Positions 54,587 to 64,000 of a stretch of DNA of 64,000 nucleotides are shown piece after piece. Position numbers and translations under genes: made by a program. Origin of the DNA: Cyclobacteriaceae bacterium (GTDB lineage: Bacteria; Bacteroidota; Bacteroidia; Cytophagales; Cyclobacteriaceae). Location: NCBI GenBank assembly GCA_040222875.1, contig JAVKCG010000034.1, positions 30,748 to 94,747 on the forward strand, in the 5' to 3' direction. Numbering within the stretch: position 1 is the stretch's first letter; each line of letters begins with the position of its first letter. The notes below the pieces were generated by a model. It worked only from the letters and a program-made list of their open reading frames with translations, had not been told where the DNA came from and made no database searches.

Positions 54587-55935
54587 TGACGGTAGCCACC
54601 AACCCTGTTGTAACACTCATCGGATTTGTAATCCTGATTTTTCTATTACTCATTTTGATCGCAAAATGGAAATGGCATGTTTTCATTGCACTCTTACTTC
54701 CTATCATATTATTCGGCATTATTCCGGGCGTTGATCAAAACAACTTCATTCAGGCTTTCGAAACCGGATTTGGTAAAACACTTGGCAAAATTGGCGTGGT
54801 GATCGTCCTGGGTTCAATTATAGCTGAGGCACTCAAACATACCGGAACCATCAATGTCATTACGAGGTCAATTATAAACCTGGTTGGTTCAAAGCGGATG
54901 CCCCTTGCTTTAACTCTGACAGGCTTCGTTCTTGGGATTGCTATATTTTCTGATGTTGCTTATGTAATCCTGAACCCTCTGGTTCATGCTTCAGCTTTGG
55001 CCACAGGTACTACCATTGCTACCATGTCAACTGGTTTGGTCGGGGCTCTGCAGCTAACCCATGCAATTGTTCCGCCAACTCCTGGGCCCTTGGCTGCGGC
55101 TGGGCTGGTTGGTGCTGATATTGGGAAGACCATCATTTTTGGCAGTGCGGCATGCCTTGTAGGGTCGGTTGCATGCTGGGCATGGGGAAGATGGATTGCT
55201 GGACCAAAAGTTCAAACACAGCCCTCCAATGAGTTTTCAGGTAATAACGTCCTCATACCCCATGAAGGTGAGCCATCAATTTTAAGTTCATTCGCCCCCA
55301 TTGTTGTTCCCATTATTCTAATCTCCATTCAAAGTGTGGCGGTACTTTTCTTTGAGGAATCCAACCCTCTCCGATCAATCGTTCTATATCTAGGTTGGCC
55401 GGTAGTAGCCCTTTCAATTGGGGTAATAATTGCTTATAGGAATATTAAATCAGCAGATGATAAAACCGCCAGTAAAGACAAGTGGGTGGAAAATGCTCTA
55501 CGCACATCCGCAATGATCCTGATCGTTACGGGGTTAGGAGGTTCCTTGAGCGAAATCCTTAAAGGCACCCCGGTAGTTCAGTACATTGTTGACTTCTTTA
55601 CAACCTTTAAAGTTCCAGCTATCATTCTTCCATTCATAGTTGGGGTGATTGGCAATATGGTGACTGGCAGTACAACGGTAGGCGTAATTACTGCGGCGTC
55701 AATTGTTGCACCTATGTTGGCCAATCTTAATTTATCACCAGAAGCAGCAATGCTATCGGGTGCTTCAGGATCAGTAATTATCAAATATGTTAATAGCAGC
55801 TACTTCTGGGTCTGCACATCTTTGAGCAAACTGTCAGTGAACGATGCCATCTTTGCTTATGGTGGTGCCACATTTGTTGGTGGCATAATGTCTTTTATAT
55901 CCGTCTGGATAATGTGGAGCATGGGCTTAATTTAA
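54586..55935 (+). CDS. GntP-family permease (gluconate / D-serine / glycerate transporter family)
   Basis: About 12 TM helices. N-terminus VILIFLLLILIAKWKWHVFIALLL and overall length match the GntP family. The start overlaps the upstream stop (TAATG). Confidence 0.75.
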   Translation: MTVATNPVVTLIGFVILIFLLLILIAKWKWHVFIALLLPIILFGIIPGVDQNNFIQAFETGFGKTLGKIGVVIVLGSIIAEALKHTGTINVITRSIINLVGSKRMPLALTLTGFVLGIAIFSDVAYVILNPLVHASALATGTTIATMSTGLVGALQLTHAIVPPTPGPLAAAGLVGADIGKTIIFGSAACLVGSVACWAWGRWIAGPKVQTQPSNEFSGNNVLIPHEGEPSILSSFAPIVVPIILISIQSVAVLFFEESNPLRSIVLYLGWPVVALSIGVIIAYRNIKSADDKTASKDKWVENALRTSAMILIVTGLGGSLSEILKGTPVVQYIVDFFTTFKVPAIILPFIVGVIGNMVTGSTTVGVITAASIVAPMLANLNLSPEAAMLSGASGSVIIKYVNSSYFWVCTSLSKLSVNDAIFAYGGATFVGGIMSFISVWIMWSMGLI

Positions 55936-55960
55936 CTTTACAAAATAATCATAAACATCT

Positions 55961-57445
55961 GTGTTTCAATTATTTAAAAGAGTTAATCAAGATTTAAATA
56001 AAATTGCCATTGTAGACACAACAGGTCAGTACAGCTATAATGAATTACAGCAGGCATCTGATCAGGTTCAAGCTCATTTATTGGAGGATGTGCCGGATTT
56101 AAATGAAGCAAGGGTAGGATTCTTAGTTGCTCCAGGTTTTGATTATGTGAAGGTTCAATGGGGCATCTGGAAAGCTGGAGGAATTGCGGTTCCATTGTCA
56201 ACCACCCATCCATCTGAAGCCTTGCAACATGTGATTGATGATGCACAAATAAGCTTGCTTATCATTTCAAAGGCATACGCAGATGTACTCTCGTCCCTGA
56301 AATTGAAAAGCATCAAGGTGCTACACCTTGAAGAATTAAAAAATCCGGCTGAAGAGAAAGTGCGATTTGATCTAAAGCTTGATAGAGGTGCCATGATTCT
56401 CTACACCAGCGGTACCACCAGCAAACCTAAGGGTGTACTGACCACCTTCGGAAATATTCAGGCCCAACTAAACTCGCTTCATGATTTCTGGCATTGGTCT
56501 GAGGATGATTACATTCTGAATGTGTTGCCCCTACACCATGTTCACGGAATAATAAATGTGGTGACCTGCGCCCTGTGGTCGGGTGCAACAGTTGAATTCC
56601 TGTCAAAATTTAAGGAGGCCAATGTCTTTGATAAATTCCTTGAGGGAAATATCAATGTGTTCATGGCTGTTCCTACAATCTATTTCAAGCTGATTTCTCA
56701 TTTTGATTCACTCGAAAAAATAGATCAAACTTCTATTTCTAAAATTCTAAAAGAATTCAGGCTAATGGTATCCGGTTCTGCGGCACTCCCTATTTCTGTT
56801 TTAGAAAAATGGCGGGAGATCAGCGGACATACTTTATTAGAACGCTATGGCATGACAGAAATTGGCATGGGATTGAGCAATCCGTACGATGGAGAGAGGC
56901 GACCCGGCCATGTAGGCCTTCCATTTCCAAATGTTGAAGGCAGGCTGATGGCTGATGAAAAGGTCGTTTCGAAGGAAAATGTTGAAGGCGAAATTCAAAT
57001 CAAAGGACCAACTGTTTTCAAAGAATATTGGGGCAATCCCGAAGCAACGAAAGAGGCATTTACTGAAGATGGCTGGTTTAAAACCGGAGATATAGCAATG
57101 CTGAATGACGGCTATTATAAAATTCTTGGCCGAAATTCAGTCGATATCATCAAATCTGGTGGCTATAAGATCTCTGCTTTGGAAATCGAGGAAGTACTCC
57201 CAAGAAGCGACCAAATTGACGAATGTGCAGTAGTAGGGTTACCTGACGAAGAATGGGGAGAGAGAATTGTAGCAGCAATTGTACCTTCAACTAACCTTGA
57301 TCTATTTAATTTACCTGATTGGATGAAAGATCAACTACCCGCATATAAGGTACCAAGGTCATTTATACCACTCGTGGCCCTGCCGAGAAATGCCATGGGC
57401 AAAGTCTCAAAAAATGAATTGAAGAAAATGCTAACCGATTTGTGA
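55961..57445 (+). CDS. AMP-dependent acyl-CoA synthetase/ligase (MatB/ACSF3-like)
   Basis: ILYTSGTTSKPKGVL (AMP-binding motif), ERYGMTE, WFKTGD, GGYKISALEIEE and the C-terminal GKVSK. Confidence 0.85.
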   Translation: MFQLFKRVNQDLNKIAIVDTTGQYSYNELQQASDQVQAHLLEDVPDLNEARVGFLVAPGFDYVKVQWGIWKAGGIAVPLSTTHPSEALQHVIDDAQISLLIISKAYADVLSSLKLKSIKVLHLEELKNPAEEKVRFDLKLDRGAMILYTSGTTSKPKGVLTTFGNIQAQLNSLHDFWHWSEDDYILNVLPLHHVHGIINVVTCALWSGATVEFLSKFKEANVFDKFLEGNINVFMAVPTIYFKLISHFDSLEKIDQTSISKILKEFRLMVSGSAALPISVLEKWREISGHTLLERYGMTEIGMGLSNPYDGERRPGHVGLPFPNVEGRLMADEKVVSKENVEGEIQIKGPTVFKEYWGNPEATKEAFTEDGWFKTGDIAMLNDGYYKILGRNSVDIIKSGGYKISALEIEEVLPRSDQIDECAVVGLPDEEWGERIVAAIVPSTNLDLFNLPDWMKDQLPAYKVPRSFIPLVALPRNAMGKVSKNELKKMLTDL

Positions 57446-57446
57446 T

Positions 57447-57581
57447 ATGGACTTTATGACCAGCCTGCCCTATTGGGGTATCATTCTGATTACCATTTTG
57501 AATGCGGTTCTTGTCTCAAGGATGAAAATCACTTTTGATGATGAGCCAAAGGATGACCAACCGAAAACTGACCAGCCTTGA
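57447..57581 (+). CDS. 44-aa single-TM protein, likely a symporter small accessory subunit (below the ORF-track size cutoff)
   Basis: MDFMTSLPYWGIILITILNAVLVSRMKITFDDEPKDDQPKTDQP. It starts 2 nt after the acyl-CoA synthetase stop, and its TGA overlaps the TTG start of the SSS gene (TTGA). Confidence 0.5.
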   Translation: MDFMTSLPYWGIILITILNAVLVSRMKITFDDEPKDDQPKTDQP

Positions 57582-59098
57582 TAGAATACATTCAGGATTT
57601 CTGGCCGATAATTTTCCTAACAGCCGTCTATTTGGTGGTTTGCTTAGGTATTGGTTGGTATTTCAAGCAAAAAGCTTCTGCGGGTGTAAGTGAATATTAT
57701 TTAGCGAAAAGGGAGATACCTGGGTGGGTCATTTCACTGGCCTTCTTCTCCACATTTGCCAGCAGCAATACCTACATCGGTCAAGCGGGTCAGTCTTTCA
57801 AGTATGGCCTGTCATGGGCGTGGGTGGGCTTCTTCTGGTCAATTTTCTGTGTGATCTCATGGCTGATCCTCGGCCCTAAAATGCGCTTCCAAACTGCCAT
57901 ACTGAACTCTACCACCATCCCGGATTACTTCCAGTTCCGATACAAAAGTGATCTTTCTAAAACCATCCGGATTCTATCGGCAATCATTATACTGTTTGCC
58001 ACCATCTGGTACATGGTGGGTATTGCCAAGGGCAGCGCCCATGTCATGGAGTCGGTGCTCAATATTCCTTACGCCTGGGGTGCCGGGTTGATCATCTTTG
58101 TCACTTTTCTGTACACATCCTGGGGTGGTATGTACAGTGTGCTTTGGACAGATGCCGTACAGGGAATCATGATGTTTGCCGTGGCCATTATTATGGTGAT
58201 GATCCCAGTAATTTACGTTGGAGGGGTTGGCGATTTATTCGATGTGATTGGAAACACTCAACATGTAGATTTATCCGGCCAGCCGATTGGTAATGGGCTG
58301 GTCACTTTCGGTAGTCTTGTTTCATTTTTCTACATCCTTGGAATCGGTCTCGCCGTTGGCATGAAGCAGATTGCAGAACCCCGCTGCCTCATCAGGTTTT
58401 ACTCAATCGACAATGCCAAAAGCATGAAGTTTGCGATGATTTGGACGCCAGTTTTCCTGGGTGTTTCGTTGCTGTGCGTGATGGGATTAGGAGCCCTGGT
58501 TCACGGAATGGCTACCCCCGATGAAGCCGCCTATTTGGTAAAGCACACAGATGAAGTCGTTGGCTTTATGCTCAGTAAGTTTGACAACAAGCTTGTGAGC
58601 GGTGTGGTGATCGCCGGCCTTTTTGCGGCCGGAATGTCCTCTCTTGCTTCGGTAATGCTGATTGTAGGTACTGCCTTCGTGAGTGATGTCTGGAATGCTG
58701 TAAAACCCATGGAGCCTGGCCGCATAGTACATTGGACCAAGGTCACCATGTTCATTTATTCACTATTGGTGCTGATTTTCACCATCTTCCCTCCTGCTGG
58801 CATTGTTGAGCTCACTGCCTTTAGTGGGGCAGTATTTGCAGCCAGCTTTTTCCCTTCAATCTTCGGAGGACTTTACCTGAAGTGGGGCACAGACATGGGC
58901 TCCATCGCCTCCATGATCAGCGGGATGATGATTGCCATCCTATGGCGGTTCACCGTTCGGTTTGAATTCGAAGGTCTTTCAGATATCCATGAAATCATTC
59001 CTGCATTTTTAATCTCATGTCTGGTTTATTGGTTTGTGAGCAGAATGACCAAAGAACGGGTGCCGGATGAAGGGCATTTAATGAGGTTGTTTGGGTGA
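57578..59098 (+). CDS. Sodium:solute symporter (SSS family)
   Basis: About 13 TM helices. YYLAKREIPGWVISLAFFSTFASSNTYIGQAG is the typical SSS N-terminal signature. Confidence 0.85.
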   Translation: MIEYIQDFWPIIFLTAVYLVVCLGIGWYFKQKASAGVSEYYLAKREIPGWVISLAFFSTFASSNTYIGQAGQSFKYGLSWAWVGFFWSIFCVISWLILGPKMRFQTAILNSTTIPDYFQFRYKSDLSKTIRILSAIIILFATIWYMVGIAKGSAHVMESVLNIPYAWGAGLIIFVTFLYTSWGGMYSVLWTDAVQGIMMFAVAIIMVMIPVIYVGGVGDLFDVIGNTQHVDLSGQPIGNGLVTFGSLVSFFYILGIGLAVGMKQIAEPRCLIRFYSIDNAKSMKFAMIWTPVFLGVSLLCVMGLGALVHGMATPDEAAYLVKHTDEVVGFMLSKFDNKLVSGVVIAGLFAAGMSSLASVMLIVGTAFVSDVWNAVKPMEPGRIVHWTKVTMFIYSLLVLIFTIFPPAGIVELTAFSGAVFAASFFPSIFGGLYLKWGTDMGSIASMISGMMIAILWRFTVRFEFEGLSDIHEIIPAFLISCLVYWFVSRMTKERVPDEGHLMRLFG

Positions 59099-59193
59099 TT
59101 TGAGAGAGTCACAATTCCCACCAAAAATATAAGATAGGTATAAATTTATCTTAGATTAGGCTTCATTACTGAGCCACTATTAGTCGCACTTAT

Positions 59194-59673
59194 ATGAAAT
59201 TGTTTATTATACTTATTGTGTGCTTTCTGGGACTTGAAGTTTCCGCTCAAATTGACAATATCTCATCTTACATTAAGAATAAATTCGGAGACGAAATCCC
59301 CTTTCAAAGCCTAACCGACATTGGGGGTGCTGTAATTGGAGAGGTTAACTCCAATACGTTGCTTATCAGCAACTATCGCTACAAAGATGTGCATTATATG
59401 ATGCTTGAACTAGAGAACAAGGAGTTTGCTATTGGTGAACCTTACGACGTTTTGAAAATTAAACCCTCAAAGAAGCAAGGAATAATCTACGGCGTTTGTA
59501 GGTCGAATCAAATTACCAACAGTAAGATAATAGCACTTGTTAATTATGACGAGGCGCATGTAGAGTATTTTAAGAATGTAATAGAAGCTTGGATTGTAAA
59601 TGAAGAAACCATGAAATTCGAAGTATACCCTATTGAAAGTGTTGATTGTGAGAACCTAGACTACGGATTATAA
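59194..59673 (+). CDS. Hypothetical secreted protein (159 aa)
   Basis: Signal peptide MKLFIILIVCFLGLEVSAQ. No motif recognised. Confidence 0.45.
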   Translation: MKLFIILIVCFLGLEVSAQIDNISSYIKNKFGDEIPFQSLTDIGGAVIGEVNSNTLLISNYRYKDVHYMMLELENKEFAIGEPYDVLKIKPSKKQGIIYGVCRSNQITNSKIIALVNYDEAHVEYFKNVIEAWIVNEETMKFEVYPIESVDCENLDYGL

Positions 59674-59762
59674 TCCTTTATAATGCAACGAGAACGAGAT
59701 TCCAAACTCGCTAGCGCTCTTGGGAATGACGGCTTCGCAGATAGAGGTACTAAAAAGTCATC

Positions 59763-60770
59763 TTAATACAACTTCCTTACATCTCCCCTAACATCACCTG
59801 CAACATTCTGAACATTGAGGCCACCTGAACCGGAATCCCTTACGATAACATTTTCTGAAACCCTGTTGATATAAATTTCGCCTGAGTTATCGGTTACCTC
59901 AACATTGCCTTCTACACCAGTCACTTGCATACCACCAGAAGCATCGTTGATCCTGATGCTACCCACCACCTGGCTAACAGTAATCCCACCGGAGGTATCT
60001 GTGATGTCTAAATCGCCGTTGTGAGCATCAACATAAATGCCACCGGAGCTATCCTGAATTTTGGTATGGGCTGAAACGTTATGCAAACTCAAGCCCCCTG
60101 AGGTGTCTTCTATGTCCATCAAGTATTGTCCGGCTAATCCCTCATTAACGTTATCAATCTTTATTTCTCCAGAATAATCCACCAGGATTACATTACCCAC
60201 TACGTCCCTGATTTTGATATTGCCTGATCCATCGGTTATATCAAGATCATTATTCAACCCTTCGAATGTCAGCTCACCACTCCTATCGTTGATTTTGATG
60301 GCAATGCCCTTCGGCACAAAAACATGGATATTCACCTTTCTGGCCGGGGCCTTAAAGAAATTGAATGGCCTGAACCGTGAATCAGAATCGGTATCGAAAT
60401 TGTCTTCGTAATCGAAAATACTTACGAAGTATAGTTCATCCCCACGGCCTGAAATACCTAAATCAAGGTTCTGTTCAATGATGTCAAGGGCAGAAGCAAC
60501 TGAATTTGAACTTATGATAATTTCAGCTTCGACCCGAAACACATCATCGATGGACTGAAGGATTTTCACTGCCCCTGCCCCAGTTTCCATGTTGATTTTT
60601 TTGACCTCACTGGCATCAATTTGCAAGTCAGTTTTGCCAGAATAGATTTCGTAGAGCAGCGTTCTGTCGTTTGTCTGGGTTAATTCGAGATCTGAAAAGG
60701 TAACATCATGCTGGGCACTTGATGACAAAATGAACCCGGTTAGTCCAAGTAGGGTGAATAGCAATTTCAT
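59763..60770 (-). CDS. DUF4097-like repeat protein (putative beta-helical adhesin)
   Basis: Signal peptide, then repeated D.SG(G/E)I.(I/V) units: DGSGNIKIRD, DYSGEIKID, DTSGGLSLHN, DSSGGIYVDA, DTSGGITVSQ, DASGGMQVTG, DNSGEIYINR, DSGSGGLNVQN. Confidence 0.65.
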   Translation of the reverse strand: MKLLFTLLGLTGFILSSSAQHDVTFSDLELTQTNDRTLLYEIYSGKTDLQIDASEVKKINMETGAGAVKILQSIDDVFRVEAEIIISSNSVASALDIIEQNLDLGISGRGDELYFVSIFDYEDNFDTDSDSRFRPFNFFKAPARKVNIHVFVPKGIAIKINDRSGELTFEGLNNDLDITDGSGNIKIRDVVGNVILVDYSGEIKIDNVNEGLAGQYLMDIEDTSGGLSLHNVSAHTKIQDSSGGIYVDAHNGDLDITDTSGGITVSQVVGSIRINDASGGMQVTGVEGNVEVTDNSGEIYINRVSENVIVRDSGSGGLNVQNVAGDVRGDVRKLY

Positions 60771-60946
60771 AAGGTGTTATTTCGAGTTTGGATGTTAGAT
60801 GCAGCAGTAAGCCTGAAGGTTGCACAGTTATCTGAAATAATCAAGAGATGAAAAAGAGTCACACCCTCCAACCATTTATCAATTGCCCCTTTCACTAGAT
60901 TGCATTTTAAACCAACTTTAGATTGATAACCAAAACATTCCTCAAC

Positions 60947-63900
60947 ATGCAAATAAGATTTGTCATCACCTTAGCCTTCTCATTCATTTTCTTAACAATT
61001 GGTCAGTCACAGGAACTGAGCAAAGAGCACATTTCCCAACTCAAATTCAGGCACATTGGGCCAGTTGGTAACCGAACCAATTCGGTAACCAGCATCCCAG
61101 GTAATGACCAGGTGTATTACGTGGGGGCAGCCTCAGGTGGCCTGTGGAAAACCACGGATGGTGGCCTCAACTGGAAGCCCATTTTTGACAAGCAGAATGT
61201 GCACTCAATGGGGTCGATTACACTTGCGCCATCAGACCCGGAAATCATTTATGTGGGCACTGGCGAAAGCTTTATTCGATCAAATGTGTCAATCGGAACG
61301 GGTGTTTACAAATCAACAGATGGTGGCGAAAACTGGACCCAAATGGGATTGGAAAATACAGGTCGGATCAGCCGTGTCTTGGTTCACCCTACCAATCCAG
61401 ACATTGTGTATGTAGCAGCCCTTGGTCATGCATATGCCCCTCAAAAAGACCGCGGAATTTATAAGTCGACCGATGGTGGTAAATCATGGCGGCAAGTACT
61501 TTATGTAAATGACAATACTGGAGCCTCTGACATTGTAATGGATCCCACCAATCCGAGAATCCTCTTTGCCGGAACCTGGGAGTTGTCACTTAGGACCTGG
61601 AACCGAACCAGTGGTGGTGATGGAAGTGGTATCCATATGTCAAGGGATGGTGGCGAAACCTGGAAAAAACTGGAAGGTTCCGAATTGCCCAAAGGACCTG
61701 TTGGTAAAATCGCTTTGGCAATGACCCCTTCAGACCCTGACCGGGTTTATGCTTTAATCGAAACCGGAGACGGCATCGAAGCTATTGGCGACGCTAAACC
61801 TGATACCGGTGAATTATGGAGATCGGATGACAAGGGCAAAACGTGGAAGGTTATCAATCACAGCAGGAATTTGTCAGGCAGACAGCCCTACTATACCAGG
61901 GTAGCAGCTTCGCCTGACCGCCCAGATGAAGTTTATTTCATCTCATTTAGCTTTTTCCAAAGTATAGATGGTGGTAGAACAACAGTTCCTATTTCATTCC
62001 AAACACAACCAAATTGGGACCATCATGAAATGTGGATAGATCCCAGCGACGGCAATAGAATGGCAGTAGCTGGAGATGGCGGAATCTCTATTTCAAAGAA
62101 CCGCGGCAAATCGTGGCTAAGGGTTCACTTACCTGTGGCCCAGGTTTATCATGCGACTACTGACAATGCTGTCCCTTACAATGTATTGACCAACCGACAG
62201 GATGGCCCTGCCATGCGAGGCCCCAGCCGAAGTAGGGTTGGTGGGTTGTTTGGCCCGGGAGCAATAACGGCAGGTATGTGGCATGATGTAGGTGGTGGCG
62301 AAAGTGGCTTCGCTACTGCTGATCCTACAGATTCAGATGTTGTATGGTCAAGTGCCTCAGGGTTTGGCGCCCTGGGCGGTGTGGTTACCAGGTATAATGT
62401 TCAATCGAGACAATTCCGTCAAACGGAAATTTGGCCTGAGTTCACCGCAGGACATCCGGCAGATCAGGTGAAATACCGCTTCCAATGGACCTTCCCAGTT
62501 CTAATATCCCCACATTACAACGAAACGGTTTACGTAACAAGCCAGGTAGTCCACAGAACCACAGATCAAGGCCAGAGCTGGGATGTAATAAGCCCTGACC
62601 TGACCATGAACGACAAACAAAAGCAGACCATTTCGGGTGGATTAACCCCGGACAACATTGGGGTTGAATATGCCAACGTCATTTATGCTTTCGAAGAATC
62701 ACCCATCAAAGAAGGTCTTTTCTGGGCAGGTACGAATGATGGCCAAGTGCAAATAAGCCAGGATGGTGGCCAGAACTGGGAAAATGTAACCAAAAACATT
62801 AAAGACTTACCACCATTAGGAACGGTAAGAAACATCGATGCTTCCAAATGGAATGAGGGCTCAGCCTATATTACAATTGATTTACATGAGGTAGGCAACT
62901 TTCAACCCTTCGTTTATAAAACGACGAACTATGGTAAAACATGGACTAAGATTACCTCAGGTATCGAATCCGGTAACCTTAGTTATGCAAGAAATATCCG
63001 TGAGGATCCTGTAAGAAGGGGATTGCTCTACCTGGGAACTGAAAACAAGTTGTACATATCTTTTGATGATGGCGGAAAATGGCAGGAGTTCATGAGCAAC
63101 CTCCCTCCTACGCCAATGTATTGGATCGACATTCAAGAGCATTTCAATGACATGGTGGTTGGCACTTATGGCCGCGGTATCTGGATTTTGGATGACCTTT
63201 CTCCGCTGCAGCAAATCCCAGCCAATGCGAAAGATGTAGTTGCCGTCCTTTTCAAGCCAAAAGACACCTATCGTTTCCAGCCTGTTACTCAAACTATGGA
63301 GTTCTTTCCTGAAGCTTCCGATGGTGCCGACCCACCCTTTGGGACAGCGTTAAATTATTGGCTCAATGAAAAGACAGATAGCGTTAAAATCCACATCACC
63401 AATGCGGCTGGCGATACCCTTCGGAAAATTGACCATAAGGGCCAACCAGGCATCAACAGGGTTTGGTGGGATTTGAAAACTGATCCGGTGGAAAAAATTG
63501 TGATGCGCACTCCGCCCAGGCATGCTGACTGGCTTCCCTTAAGCAAAGAGCGAACCCGGAACAATCCTGCCTTATTACCATTTGGAAATTATCTGGTTCC
63601 TCCAGGAGATTATATTGTGAACCTTTCCGCTGGTGACCAATCATTCTCTGAGCAAATCAAAATATTGAAAGACCCTCACTCAGAAGGTTCTCTAGAAGAC
63701 ATCCGAAAACAGACGGATCTTGTAAAAAAGATCAAAGAGGATGTCAACGATCTCAGCAAAATGATCAATGAAATCGAATTGGTGCGCCGTCAGGTGTATG
63801 ACTTGAAAGCAGTTGTTTCAGCTATGGAAGACAAAAAAGAACTTCTGGAGTCATTCGATTCAATGGATTCTGTATTAACTGATTTTGAAAATGAGCTGAC

Positions 63901-64000
63901 TCAATTACGAGTAACTGGCCACGGCCAGGATGCCATCCGTTGGCCAAGTAAGCTGCTAGAGAAATATTCTTACCTCGGTTTAACTGTTGGGGTGGCCGAC
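60947..64000 (+). CDS. BNR/sortilin (VPS10)-type repeat protein, glycosyl-hydrolase-like; the C-terminus lies beyond the window end
   Basis: Not in the track because it is open at the edge. My translation from ATG 60947 gives MQIRFVITLAFSFIFLTIGQSQ ... GGLWKTTDGGLNWKPI ... VYKSTDGGENWTQ ... IYKSTDGGKSWRQ ... SRDGGETWKK, which are repeated BNR/Asp-box S.DGG.tW motifs. Confidence 0.75.
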   Translation, partial: MQIRFVITLAFSFIFLTIGQSQELSKEHISQLKFRHIGPVGNRTNSVTSIPGNDQVYYVGAASGGLWKTTDGGLNWKPIFDKQNVHSMGSITLAPSDPEIIYVGTGESFIRSNVSIGTGVYKSTDGGENWTQMGLENTGRISRVLVHPTNPDIVYVAALGHAYAPQKDRGIYKSTDGGKSWRQVLYVNDNTGASDIVMDPTNPRILFAGTWELSLRTWNRTSGGDGSGIHMSRDGGETWKKLEGSELPKGPVGKIALAMTPSDPDRVYALIETGDGIEAIGDAKPDTGELWRSDDKGKTWKVINHSRNLSGRQPYYTRVAASPDRPDEVYFISFSFFQSIDGGRTTVPISFQTQPNWDHHEMWIDPSDGNRMAVAGDGGISISKNRGKSWLRVHLPVAQVYHATTDNAVPYNVLTNRQDGPAMRGPSRSRVGGLFGPGAITAGMWHDVGGGESGFATADPTDSDVVWSSASGFGALGGVVTRYNVQSRQFRQTEIWPEFTAGHPADQVKYRFQWTFPVLISPHYNETVYVTSQVVHRTTDQGQSWDVISPDLTMNDKQKQTISGGLTPDNIGVEYANVIYAFEESPIKEGLFWAGTNDGQVQISQDGGQNWENVTKNIKDLPPLGTVRNIDASKWNEGSAYITIDLHEVGNFQPFVYKTTNYGKTWTKITSGIESGNLSYARNIREDPVRRGLLYLGTENKLYISFDDGGKWQEFMSNLPPTPMYWIDIQEHFNDMVVGTYGRGIWILDDLSPLQQIPANAKDVVAVLFKPKDTYRFQPVTQTMEFFPEASDGADPPFGTALNYWLNEKTDSVKIHITNAAGDTLRKIDHKGQPGINRVWWDLKTDPVEKIVMRTPPRHADWLPLSKERTRNNPALLPFGNYLVPPGDYIVNLSAGDQSFSEQIKILKDPHSEGSLEDIRKQTDLVKKIKEDVNDLSKMINEIELVRRQVYDLKAVVSAMEDKKELLESFDSMDSVLTDFENELTQLRVTGHGQDAIRWPSKLLEKYSYLGLTVGVAD

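Noticed and set aside
1-64000. tRNA, rRNA, CRISPR arrays, IS elements and integrases
   Set aside because: I scanned intergenic regions by eye for T-loop-like GGTTCGAATCC motifs, regularly spaced direct repeats and terminal inverted repeats, and found none. No ORF shows DDE, tyrosine or serine recombinase motifs. A covariance-model scan (tRNAscan-SE or Infernal) would be needed for a definitive negative.

Overview
This 64-kb window looks like a chromosomal segment from a member of Bacteroidota. The evidence is a T9SS C-terminal sorting domain, a FecR / STN-TonB receptor / DUF4249 trio, A-rich leaders without Shine-Dalgarno sequences, and TAnnTTTG-type -7 boxes. I count about 47 protein-coding genes. 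I recognised no rRNA, tRNA, CRISPR array, integrase or transposase.

Layout from left to right:
- lnt (truncated by the window edge) and two GT2 glycosyltransferases.
- A DUF58 / transglutaminase / MoxR ATPase / TPR cluster, interrupted by a stand-alone DUF3800 gene.
- A frameshifted AAC(6')-like GNAT gene.
- One 12.4-kb gene (4132 aa) for a modular LamG-repeat T9SS-secreted surface protein.
- Envelope genes: DUF2891, GT2, an outer-membrane barrel, nudK, a desaturase and lpxD.
- An orphan FecR / TonB transducer / DUF4249 unit, two tandem Bem46-like hydrolases and an M20 peptidase.
- A small AT-rich accessory patch with a three-gene HipB / HipS-like / HipT-like kinase toxin-antitoxin locus. It sits behind three operator-like palindromes spaced exactly 40 bp apart.
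- Housekeeping genes ung and priA, and an L-type lectin.
- A candidate hydroxy- or D-amino-acid / glyoxylate utilisation cluster: ghrA, a D-TA family enzyme, a class V aminotransferase, a GntP permease, an acyl-CoA synthetase, and an unannotated 44-aa membrane ORF coupled to an SSS transporter.
- A BNR/sortilin-like gene that runs off the right edge.

The candidates I consider most interesting are the split-HipA locus with its phased operators, the DUF3800 insertion in the MoxR module, and the central Cys/Gly-rich domain of the giant protein. All functional calls come from motif recognition by eye. No database search or computation was run.
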